Assembly (NCBI GenBank): GCA_051313645.2
Contig: JBNRSN020000010.1
Span: 94,736,001 to 94,800,000 of the forward strand
Length of the DNA: 64,000 bases
Direction of reading: 5' to 3'
DNA from: Centroscyllium fabricii
Lineage: Eukaryota
Positions within the stretch are counted from its first letter, which is position 1. The number at the start of each line of letters is the position of its first letter. The notes below the pieces were generated by a model. It had not been told where the DNA came from, made no database searches, and saw only the letters and a program-made list of their open reading frames with translations. Below, in pieces: positions 11,365 through 21,589 of this stretch. Made by a program: the position numbers and the translations under genes.

Positions 11365-14300
11365 TTAAACACAGCATATATAGAGGGAGAGAACAATGTA
11401 ATCTTTCCAACTGTCCTACATCACACCTCGGCAGAGACATTAATTGTCCACCCCAGTCCAACACCGGCACCTCCACATCATCAGTAATAAAGTGCTCAGC
11501 GGGATTCTGGCAGGAAATCATGGCTTCAGCCAAGAACTTGACATTTTGCACCTTGTCTGCACAGGTAAAACCATCCTGGAAGAGTGGAAAGTAAATCCCA
11601 GTCTTATCATCTGTCACCTGGTCAAGAAACGGTCGTGAACGTTTTACCCTGGCGATAATTTTACCCTGGCGACGATCATGGGAATATAATCGCGATTGTG
11701 TGTCTTTAATCAGTCTGAAATCAGCGCAATTTCACTCTAATCTTCCTGAAACGTTCGGAACGTGTTTCTGAATGATCGATTTAACAGTGCAGGGCATTTT
11801 AACCCCCCCCCCCCCCCCCACCAAATCATTATTACTATATGTTGGAATAAAATCAGACACCTTGAATGTTACAAAAAGACGGAGGGCAATTTTGATTTGT
11901 TAATAAACAATAACCCTCGACCTTTCGTGTTATTTTGTATTGGAGGTCGAACACTGTATATTTGCAATGGCACATTGCAAAGGCCAGAATAGCACAATGC
12001 AGGTATTGGTTGTTTAAGAATGTCTACTAGTAGCCGCAATAGACAAACTTGGATTTTTGCACTAATGTCACTCCTTTCACATATAGATAACTCATTTGAA
12101 TTAGAATGGTCCAATTAATTTCGCAACATTGTTAACAAAATCCACCCTGTGCATATCGCTCTTTAGATGCAAATGAGACCTTTCTGAAACCGTCAGCGTC
12201 CCCCGAGTCGCTCCCTCCAGATGGATAGTTTCTGTTCTCCGATATACGCCGACTGCTTTCTCTGCTGGTTATTGCCAGTGCTGCTCCTTAATTACTGGAA
12301 ACACTATTTGCAGGTAATCCGCGGAACTGCTATAAATTACACTTGTGAATATATTAACCTGTTTGTTTACAGTCAGTTTATTTGCTTCCTTTACACGATG
12401 GGGGGTACGAGTATTTTTCAGGCATGTTTTTTCTGATCCTACCGTCCAAAGATAGACTTTGTATTCAGGAGATGTACAGTCCTCACGTCCGCATAATCAA
12501 CATAGAAATAACTGTCACTAAATTATATTTTAAAATATTAAAAAACTTTACATACTGCATCTGAAAAAATTATTAAGATCACATAAACATTTTTGATTCA
12601 GTAAACTTCAGCGGTATTCTCCAAGACACGACTATCTGAGTTCTTCGAGAATTGTCTTAGCAGCTAATGTTATCAATGAACACGAGTAGATGTTCTCTCC
12701 AAAATGATCTTCAAACAGAACGGAATATATATTTAGTGTTAACAGGTGTATCACCGAACACACGGTGCACAACTCGAACCTATTTTGGGGCGAGATGTGG
12801 GACACTTGGACCTCTTGGAGAACTCAAAGTCAGGGATTTCCACCGACTTGCACTGGTTAAAACAGGCCCAAGTGTGTGGAGTTGGACGGTAGAGATCTGC
12901 TCTTGGACCAATTCCTTGATCATCAATGTACTTAAACAATGACACTACAGAGGACGATCATGTTAGCAATGTTTTCCCTATACAGTATTTTTTTAAACAA
13001 TGTTACCAAAACACATAGAAAGGGTGCAATCATGATGCCAAATAGAATCGTGTATGCGGATTTAATAAACTGACAAGACTTGGTATTTCACAAAGTGTAC
13101 ACGTGCTTAGGTTCCCGAGGATGAGCTGTGCCGGCTATTTATTGGTTTGAAGTCCACGCTCATGGGATGTACCAGATTTGCTCCTGACACCGTTGGCAAA
13201 GGATGTACAGATTCATTTATGAATTGCTTCGTTGAACAACACGTCTTCACTCGGATGCAGGTTAGGTGACCGTTTAACTGTGGCCCCTTTGGCAGATCTA
13301 AATTGTAGTCATGACAAAACATACGGACTGGAGATAGCGTCCTTCCACAATATTACTTCATTCCAAAATGTATAGTATGTTTTAATGAAAATAACGAGAT
13401 CGCCTCGGCAAAGTGACCTGTTAGCCTTCCTTTACAGAGAGAAAATCGAATCAATCTCTTGGCATTTCTCAAAACCTCCGTGCTTCTGACAAAACTTCAA
13501 ATATTACATCCCAGTTATGCAAAGAAGTAAAACGCTAAAGGTCTCTGATCCACTGTTTCCATCAAGACTTTGAAAAGGGCCCAAGTAAACAGGTTCAGAA
13601 TGGGCGCTTGCTCTGATTGGATTTCAATCTCCCTAACATTTCATCTGAAAATAAACGGCGCACAATTAGGCTAAAATAATTTCAAAGCACTAAGTAAATC
13701 ACATCACAGAAAGAAGGCAATATATAAAAAGTAAAAAGGCAAACTATTCAGCTTTCATTCGACTATTTACACTTTGTCTCCCCGCTATGCGAGATTTTTA
13801 AGCACGTGTTCCCAGCCGCAAGCCCCCAGTTTTCTCTCGTGCTGTAGTTGGGACCCAGCTCACGGGCGGAGCGGCAAACTTCTTGCAGAAGACAGAAAGA
13901 CAGAGAAAGGAGAGAGTCCAGAACTGTTCATTTTGTTCGGGTTAACATCCCTGCTCCAAAAGCTGTCCCGTTGCTAGGCGCTACAGAAAGCCAGTGCACA
14001 AGCTGAAGTTTCCTTTATTGATGACTTGGAGCGAGGTCTGTTGCTGGCTGCAAAGTCCTAAAGAGGGTAACCCGAGGTACGTGATCTTGAATGCAAACTA
14101 TTCTTTCATTCTGCATTTTTACGACCTATCGCGACGAAAGAAGGACGAAGAATGCGTTTATTTACACCATTCCTCAAAGACGTCATACCGCAGAGTAAAT
14201 TCTACCTCAGGCTAATTACATCTGCCACTTTCAGCCCGATTCGTCTCTTTCAGGGCAGGAATGTCGCCCAGCCTAATACCTTATTAAACAGACATTTGTT

Positions 14301-15487
14301 TAGATTTCTAAATGAACAACAGACAGAAAGGTCCGTCGCCCTTTATAAGCCTGTTCACCAGGCATGTGGAGCTCAGATTGCAGCTCACATAACGGTGTAA
14401 TTTAATGAATTGCCTGGGATCAGGGCTGAATTTCCCAGAAATAATTTGTTTTTGGAATGCTACCGTTATTGATTGAGATAAGATATTTGCTGGTCCAAAG
14501 GTTTGCTAGCGGTGTTATCGCTAGACAGGCAGCCAGACCAACTATCTCTTTTACAGTTTACTGATTTACCGGAGTAATGCATTTTACACAATCCTTCCAA
14601 CCTTCACCATGTATTTCTGTCTGATGGGAATGATTCTAAACAAAGTGTTTATTAAATTAATCCCCAGTGTTGACATTTTGTTGAAATGTGTTAAATCTGT
14701 GGGACTTGGTAGCTTTAACGATCAGTTTTAAAGCTGTTAGAAGACCAAATAAATCACATAAGGGTGCAGTTTATCTCAATGTATTTGCATTTATCGCCTT
14801 TCTGAAAATGTGATGCGCGGTGTAAACTGCTAAGGTTAACTTTAATTTGCTAAAGTAAAGTCAGATTTCAGCTAAGGTGCCTTGTTGTTGAGAAAATAAT
14901 TGATCTTTTAAAAAAAGGATCAATAACTTAATTTGAAGAAGAATGTCACCTTAGCAGAGATATTGTAAAAAGCTAGAATCATTAGCTGCAACAAAACACC
15001 CTCCGTTTCCTCACCCCATTTAATCGTTCGGAAAAATGCGTCTCTGGTTTCGTTTTTGCTGCCGGATTAATTTATCGTTTCTCATCCCATTGCTATAGTT
15101 TGTCTTTCCTATTGTTTCCAAGTTAAACCAATTAGTCTCTTTACAAATCCAACAGGGACTATTTTCAATGGCTAAAGTCTGGCCCCGCTGAGTGGCAGCG
15201 AGTTGGGACGTGAGCGGTGCCTGGAGGTAAGGCAGGTGTGCAATAGGAACAGAGTATCCTAACGCCTAGGTGAGAGCCGATTATTCAAATAGAGAAAGAT
15301 CTGGGCAAATCGGGAAAGGAGGCAGGATCTGTGGGCAGTTAAATCACTACGCATGTCCCCAGCGCCACTCAAAGTGTTCGCCTCCCAAGCCTTGCTCAGT
15401 CTGGCAGGCTCCATTCTTTCCATCTTCCTCACTGTACTTCAGCCAGAGTGCATCCGCGCTGGGATTTTATTTTGGGGGCGAGCTTTG

Positions 15488-15517
15488 ATGTTGGTTTATT
15501 GTACTCTGCCTCCATGA
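15488..15517 (+). promoter_or_regulatory. 9-codon upstream ORF whose stop overlaps the FOXA1 start (TGATG)
   Basis: ATG TTG GTT TAT TGT ACT CTG CCT CCA TGA; the A of TGA (15517) is the A of the MLGTVK start codon. Confidence 0.6.
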
Positions 15518-15588
15518 TGTTAGGTACGGTGAAGATGGAAGGACACGAAGCTTCCGAGTGGAGCACTTACTACGGCGATCCGCAGGAG
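15517..15588 (+). CDS. FOXA1: Forkhead box A1, coding exon 1
   Basis: Encodes [24 protein letters not shown] (FOXA1-type N-terminus), followed by the donor GAG|GTGAGT (phase 0). An extra in-frame ATG lies at 15514. Confidence 0.96.
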
Positions 15589-16287
15589 GTGAGTAAAAGT
15601 AACAGTTGTACCTTATTTTGAGGTGAGCGCTTGCGATCATCAACTCACGGATCATATATAGAGCGCTGGATTAGTAAACGTCTTACTTTCAAACCAGGTT
15701 TATAGGCAGTTTGCCGAGGAACTCCTTCCCCCCCCCCCCCCCCCCAAAATTGGACACTGTTCAGTCGAAGCAACTCGAGCGGATGTTATGTGGGGGTTTA
15801 AGGTGCCTCAAATGAAGGGATACTAAGCTATAACGCTAATAGTTAATAAATCGGCATGGCTGTGTTACCGTGTGTCCTCGGTGCGGGAGCCAGCCTCAAA
15901 GTTAGTGACCACGCGGTGGCATCAGAGAGAGGGAGCTCCCGGGCGGCCAGCCCGCGGCCCCCACACCGGCTCCAGGAGCGGCGGGACATCACAGGGAGAA
16001 TCTGCACAAGACATCAACAATATAACCAGTAGCGCTGCTGTATCGATTACTCTTAAACCGGGGAGGAAGCTGCTGCAACTTTGTACTTTGTTTTAAGAGG
16101 CGTGGCTTTCTCACCTAATTTCACCTAAATGAGTCCGAAGGTTTTTCTCTCGCTCTCTCCCCGTGTTGCAAAAAGACAAGTTTCCCGTCAAAATAAGTGG
16201 TGACCAAAGTGTAGCGAGTTGTGAATAAAGATAACAACATTGGCCATTCTGAGCCGTCCAACTGAGATCTTTCTTTTTCTTGTGCAG

Positions 16288-17502
16288 GCCTATTCGGCGG
16301 TGCCAGTGAACAGCATGAACCCAGGACTGGGCAACATGAACAGCATGAACACCTACATGAGCATGAACACCATGGGCTCCGGCGGCAACATGACCTCGGG
16401 CTCCTTCAACATGTCTTACGGGAACGCGGGGATGGGGGCCGGGCTGAGCCCCACCATGGGCGGCATGGGCGGAGGAGGAGGCGGAGGAGCGGGGGCCATG
16501 AACGGCCTGGGCGGCGGGGTGACGGCCATCAGCCCCAACCTGAGCGGCCAGCAGGCATCGCTGAACGCGCTGAGCCCTTACTCGGCCATGAGCCCGGCCC
16601 TCAGCCCCATGGCCTACAACCAGAGCGGCCTGAGCCGGCCCCGGGACAGCAAGAGCTTCCGCCGCAGCTACCCGCACGCCAAGCCGCCCTACTCTTACAT
16701 CTCGCTCATCACCATGTCCATCCAGCAGGCGCCCAGCAAGATGCTGACCCTGAGCGAGATCTACCAGTGGATCATGGAGCTCTTCCCCTACTACCGCCAG
16801 AACCAGCAGCGCTGGCAGAACTCCATCCGCCACTCGCTCTCTTTCAATGACTGCTTCATCAAGGTGGCCCGCTCGCCCGACAAGCCGGGCAAGGGCTCCT
16901 ACTGGACGCTGCACCCCGACTCGGGCAACATGTTCGAGAACGGCTGCTACCTGCGGCGCCAGAAGCGCTTCAAGTGCGAGAAGAAGGTGCCGCTGAAAGG
17001 CGGCCCGGCGGACGGGGGCAGGAAGGAAGCGGGCGCCTCCTCCCCGGCCGCCCTCAGCGACTCCAACTCGGCCACCAGCCCGGACACGGCGCCGCCTCCT
17101 CCTGACCTCAAGCGGCCGCTGAGCTCGGCCTCGGCCTCCGGGGGCCCGCTCAGCCCGCACCCTCACCCGCACCCACACCCGCACCCCGGGCCGCCCCTGG
17201 GCCACGTGTCGGCGGCCGACTCCCAGCAGCAGCAGCAGGTCCACCAGCTGAAGGGCGACCCGCACTACTCCTTCAATCACCCCTTCTCAATCAACAACCT
17301 CATGTCGTCCGAGCAGCAGCATCACAAGATGGACTTGAAGGCTTACGAGCAGGCCATGCACTACTCCAACTACGGGGCCAGCATGGCCAGCGGCCTGGCC
17401 CTCGGCTCAATGGGCAAGAGCGGCATGGAGCCCTCGGTCCTGGCCAGCGAAGCGTCCTATTACCAAGGTGTGTATTCCAGACCTGTTCTCAACACTTCTT
17501 AG
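16288..17502 (+). CDS. FOXA1: Forkhead box A1, coding exon 2 (spliced protein 428 aa)
   Basis: Acceptor TTTCTTTTTCTTGTGCAG|GCC. Forkhead domain [14 protein letters not shown]...[15 protein letters not shown]...[15 protein letters not shown]; region [14 protein letters not shown]; region [22 protein letters not shown]1 synteny supports FOXA1 over FOXA2. Confidence 0.97.
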   Translation, partial: AYSAVPVNSMNPGLGNMNSMNTYMSMNTMGSGGNMTSGSFNMSYGNAGMGAGLSPTMGGMGGGGGGGAGAMNGLGGGVTAISPNLSGQQASLNALSPYSAMSPALSPMAYNQSGLSRPRDSKSFRRSYPHAKPPYSYISLITMSIQQAPSKMLTLSEIYQWIMELFPYYRQNQQRWQNSIRHSLSFNDCFIKVARSPDKPGKGSYWTLHPDSGNMFENGCYLRRQKRFKCEKKVPLKGGPADGGRKEAGASSPAALSDSNSATSPDTAPPPPDLKRPLSSASASGGPLSPHPHPHPHPHPGPPLGHVSAADSQQQQQVHQLKGDPHYSFNHPFSINNLMSSEQQHHKMDLKAYEQAMHYSNYGASMASGLALGSMGKSGMEPSVLASEASYYQGVYSRPVLNTS

Positions 17503-18317
17503 TCTTGCACCAAAAAAAACAAAAGCTAAAAACCGTCATAGAATAATAACAAACACTTTTCCCTCTTCGGGATTGCACCTTGCGTGCAGAGACTGTTACT
17601 TTCAACATTTATATGTATAAAAACTGTGGAAGTGTAAAGTAGCTGCAAGATTTGGCGATGGATCACGACTTGTACATTTCGCGGAGAATATATCGCAAAC
17701 ATCTGCAGAATGTATTTAAATTTTTTGAAACGTGTTGTAAAATTTTAGAATTGGTTGTGTTATACTGTATTTCTGCGCGTCCACTCACCATTCCCAGTCG
17801 CTGCCCACAAGTTGTGGCAACACACAGATACTGATCCCAGACTTGTCTTTTAACTAATGAAAAGATGAGCGGGAATGGTGGGCGGTGGTGGGGGGGGGGG
17901 AGGGGGGTAAATAAAATGAGCTGCTTGAAGAAAATAATTGTATGTTCATTTTATGAAACTGCTATTTCAAAGCTCTGTTGGATGCTGTGCAGTTTTAGTG
18001 AAGCAGGAAAGGCCGTTTCTCTTGACTGGTTTTGCATGTTCATTTCAACTCAGTTTGCGAATACATTTTTGAAAGCGGGTTTGTTGTAAAAAATGAACCA
18101 AATGTTACCTGCATCAGGAACCTCGAAAAGTTACTCCTGTTTCCGTTCCACAATGCCGTTTAACTCTTATTTCCACCCAATGCACTTTCCCCCGTTTTTA
18201 GCTGTCCAGACATGTTGGTGTTAGCATATAGCCAGGCGGGTTCTTGCGGCTTTTCTCAATGTGCCTAATTTATTGCATGGTCTACTCTAGGTCCTTTCTA
18301 GTTTTAAGTTGTTTAAA

Positions 18318-18421
18318 AATAAATATTGCAAATTACAAATGGAATTTATGGAGTTGTTAATTTTGTATTTGTAATTCTATGAAAATGAATAAAATTATTT
18401 TGATTTGATGAGAAAAATAAA
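18318..18421 (+). terminator. Candidate FOXA1 polyadenylation signals
   Basis: AATAAA at 18318, 18388 and 18416, followed by the GU/U-rich TTGTGTTTTTT at about 18445-18455. Confidence 0.55.
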
Positions 18422-18829
18422 AAAAAGGTTAATTCGCACCTACCTTGTGTTTTTTATTAATCAGATCACTCACCAATAAGTTGGTTTATTTTTTTTAAAG
18501 ATTCAAAATTATTTCTTGTTTATGCGTGCAATTCAGTATTGCAGTAAAAGTGAGTGATTTATAATAATTAAAACAGCTTTTGAGCTTAGTACCTTCACAA
18601 GATAATATCGCTGTCAAATCAATGATTGTAACTACAATGTGCTGATCTTTGCAAAAAAAACAGAAAAACGTCAGCGGGAATTTAAATTGTTGTTCACTGG
18701 CTGCATGTATAAAATAACTCTTCCTGCTCCAGCTATATAAAAACTGTCGTTTCAAATATGAATGGTCAGATTCACTGTGAGCATTTTCAATACTGCAGTA
18801 ATACATTCCCAGATCCGAAAACAGTATGT

Positions 18830-18861
18830 GGAGGTGCCGGTGTTGGACTGGGGTGGACACT
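18830..18861 (-). mobile_element. Solo Penelope-like tail micro-insertion
   Basis: GGAGGTGCCGGTGTTGGACTGGGGTGGACA lies between direct repeats CGAAAACAGTATGT (18816-18829 and 18862-18875). Confidence 0.75.
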
Positions 18862-18918
18862 CGAAAACAGTATGTTAGCGTCAAACATCCGTGTCTGGGT
18901 TTGCTCAACACCTTCAGC

Positions 18919-19238
18919 CATAGAATCATAGAATCCCTACAGTGCAGATAGAGGCCATTTCGGCCCATCGAGCCTGCACCAACACATATCCCACCCTATC
19001 CCCGTAACCCCCCACATATTCAATCCCCCTAACACTAAGGGTCAATTTATCATGGCCAATCAACCTGACCCGCACATCTTTGGGCTGTGGGAGGAAACCG
19101 GAGCACCCGGAGGAAACCCACGCAGACACGGGGAGAATGTGCAAACTCCACACAGATAGTCACCCGAGGCCGGATTTGAACCCGGGTCTCCAGTGCTGTG
19201 AGGCAACAGTGCTAATCACTGGGCCACGGTGCCGCCCT
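18919..19238 (-). mobile_element. V-SINE (HE1-like) with CR1-type 3' tail
   Basis: tRNA-like head GGGCGGCACCGTGGCCCAGTG...GGGTTCAAATCC; V-domain TGTGTGGAGTTTGCACATTCTCCCCGTGTCTGCGTGGGTTTCCTCCGGGTGCTCCGGTTTCCTCCCAC; tail matches the CR1 3' end at about 11315-11363. Confidence 0.9.
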
Positions 19239-21399
19239 GATACAACACTTTAATCGCTTTGCTTCATGTTTTTAATTTATAATTAATAACAGAACTACCA
19301 GAATATGTATCTAAGAAACCAAATCTTACAAAATGTTTAAAAAGTCAAGATAAGCAAGGGATAATAATGTCTGCACATTCTCTATCGTTGTCTTTTAATT
19401 AAACAACGCAGGTCTAGGTTGGTGTCACAAAAATCAGAAAGTGCACAATTAAAGCCAAGCATTCTGGACGATTTTGAGTAACACGACCATTGAGAAACCA
19501 GCTGCGATTCAGTTCACGATATGTATTTTTAAATAGGAAACTGGTGCCACAGGCGCTACCCCATATATGAACCGCCAGTGCCAAAATGACGACACTTCGC
19601 AAAACAAAGGAATGACTGGAATAAATATTGTTACAAAATTACATTTAATATTGTCAGTTATTAAAATTATCTGTGGGTTTATTTCATTTTCATACATGAA
19701 TGTTACTTCGTTGATCCTTATTTCAGAAGCAGCGCGTCACAGATCCCTGTGCGTTTTATCTCGACCGAAAAGAGCACCGAGTTTGTTGATAGAGAAACAG
19801 GTTCAGAAATAAAACCAACCCGCGAGCATTATCACCCATCATTTATAAAGTCTGCGCAGAACAGATAGCTACACCAGGAAAAAAGATTTGGCCGCCTGTT
19901 TCCTTTGTCACGCTGAGAACAAGTATAAAGTATTGTCTAATACAAATGCTGCAATGTGTGACAGAATTGCATTTCTTTGTATCTGGATACAAAACACTTT
20001 GTAATTTCGACCCACACAAGAGTGGATTTTGGACATGAATAGCTTTCGCTTTGATCACTGATCACTGGCGGGACACACACATTGTCAGTGTAACCGTGAA
20101 ATTCTTTTAATTATCATGTAATTGCCCCCTGATGAGTGAAAAAATGTAGTGCGAAATTAAGAGGAGGAGGTAGCCAATTCTCTGAATATCCATGGATGGG
20201 TGGCTGCACCAGCGGTGTGAGCATTACTAATTCACAATTTATTTTCTGTAAACAGTATCCTTCCCAACAAGTGCAGGTGAATCACGATACTCAGATCATT
20301 AATTTGAAAATGCATTTTAGGATTCCCATGGAATATACTTAAACCAGGCTCTATATAAGCTACAGGGAACTGGCCAAATTGGAATTTGTTCGCTTCACAA
20401 GATCCATTCAGCAATTTATTTACAGAAAAGCTAAAAAAAAATAATTAAATATACTGTCACGATGGGTAAAATTGGAAACCATGCTATTTATTGTATTGTA
20501 TATTTTTTTGTCCCAATAATTAAGTTACGGTTGGATCCGGATTTCAATAGAAAGTGTTCGGGTACATTAAATTCTCCCCTTGTATCGCGTGTCTGGATTC
20601 CATTGTACAACCACGGTCAGATGTGTGCACGATTTATATAGCATACTTACAAGCCTCCACGTTTTAATTTGACACGGTATCGTTATTAAATGACAGAGGG
20701 TTCCTACCTATTCGCTGCCTGGTGTTTCATATACTTTCAAATTGTATAAAATCTGTTTTATTCCATTTACTTTTTAAAATAACATTTGTAAAACATGGTG
20801 TTTGAAGGTGCTATGCGTTTTTAATTTTTCAAGATAGACTTTTTTTTAGGGTTAGCACATCAGCCGGATGTTAGAAGTCAGTAACTAAAGCATTCATTTC
20901 AGAATTCGAGCATTGCTATTTCCCCTCCGTGTGTTAGAACATGAGGTGTGGCTGGTGTTGCAGTACAGGTGCTCAGTGACAATGCCTGGTTAAAGTCTGG
21001 GTTCATTGTACCTACAACATTGATTTCATATCTATTTTCTGCTTTTATAATAATTTTAGAATTTCGGAAGAACTCTATCAGAAGTAACCGCTGCAAATAT
21101 AGCAGGTGCTTACCATTTATGACCAGAAAATTGTTTTTATTTATATTTGATTCTGTTACCATTCGAACACCCCCTCAAAATAAGTTCCTAAGAACTTCCG
21201 TTGCCCGTTCTTTGATTGCTCTCGATGGTAAATATGTAAAAAGGATCAATCGCGCTTGGCCGTCGAATGTAAAATTGAACTGTACAGGTGGTGGTTGTTT
21301 TCTTTGGTGCTAAAGTCAACAGAACAAACTAACGTTCAGGCTAAGTATGGAGAACACTTCAGATCTCAACCCCCCTCCCCCACTTCTACCAGCAAGAAT

Positions 21400-21589
21400 T
21401 GTAAAAAGTCACACACCAGGTTATAGTCCAACAGTTTTATTTGAAATCACAAGCTTTCGGAGCGCTGCTCCTTCCTCAGGTGAAGTCCGAAAGCTTGTGA
21501 TTTCTAATAAACCTGTTGGACTATAACCTGGTGTTTGTGTGACTTCTTACAATTGTCCACCCCAGTCCAACACCGGCACCTCCACATCA
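21400..21589. mobile_element. Compact Penelope-like element: inverted pLTR pair plus tail, with 10-bp TSD
   Basis: Segment ~21397-21462 is an inverted repeat of ~21486-21554; tail runs to 21589; CAGCAAGAAT is duplicated at 21390-21399 and 21590-21599. Confidence 0.8.
21447..21483 (-). ncRNA. Minimal type I hammerhead ribozyme motif
   Basis: Minus strand reads UCAC-CUGAGGA-A-GGAGC-AGC-GCUCC-GAAA-GC-UU-GUGA. Confidence 0.75.

Larger units (their letters stand above)
10285..11481. mobile_element. Penelope-like insertion (inverted hammerhead-bearing end plus tail) with a nested CR1
   Basis: Flanked by the 13-bp direct repeat CAGTAATAAAGTG (10272-10284 and 11482-11494). Left end is the inverted pLTR-like sequence; right end is the tail AATTGTCCACCCCAGTCCAACACCGGCACCTCCACATCA. 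Confidence 0.75.

Noticed and set aside
3000-15400. Possible TTC6 exons on the - strand, expected from mammalian synteny
   Set aside because: No recognisable TPR-like coding exon with splice sites was found by eye; cannot be excluded.
16240-16287. N-terminal extension [16 protein letters not shown] of the listed FOXA1 ORF
   Set aside because: Non-ATG start within the intron's polypyrimidine tract; the true N-terminus comes from exon 1.
16111-17280. 389-aa antisense ORF over FOXA1 exon 2
   Set aside because: Expected shadow of very high GC3 codon usage; no recognisable domain.
19160-19238. tRNA-like A and B boxes
   Set aside because: Head of the V-SINE, not a tRNA gene.
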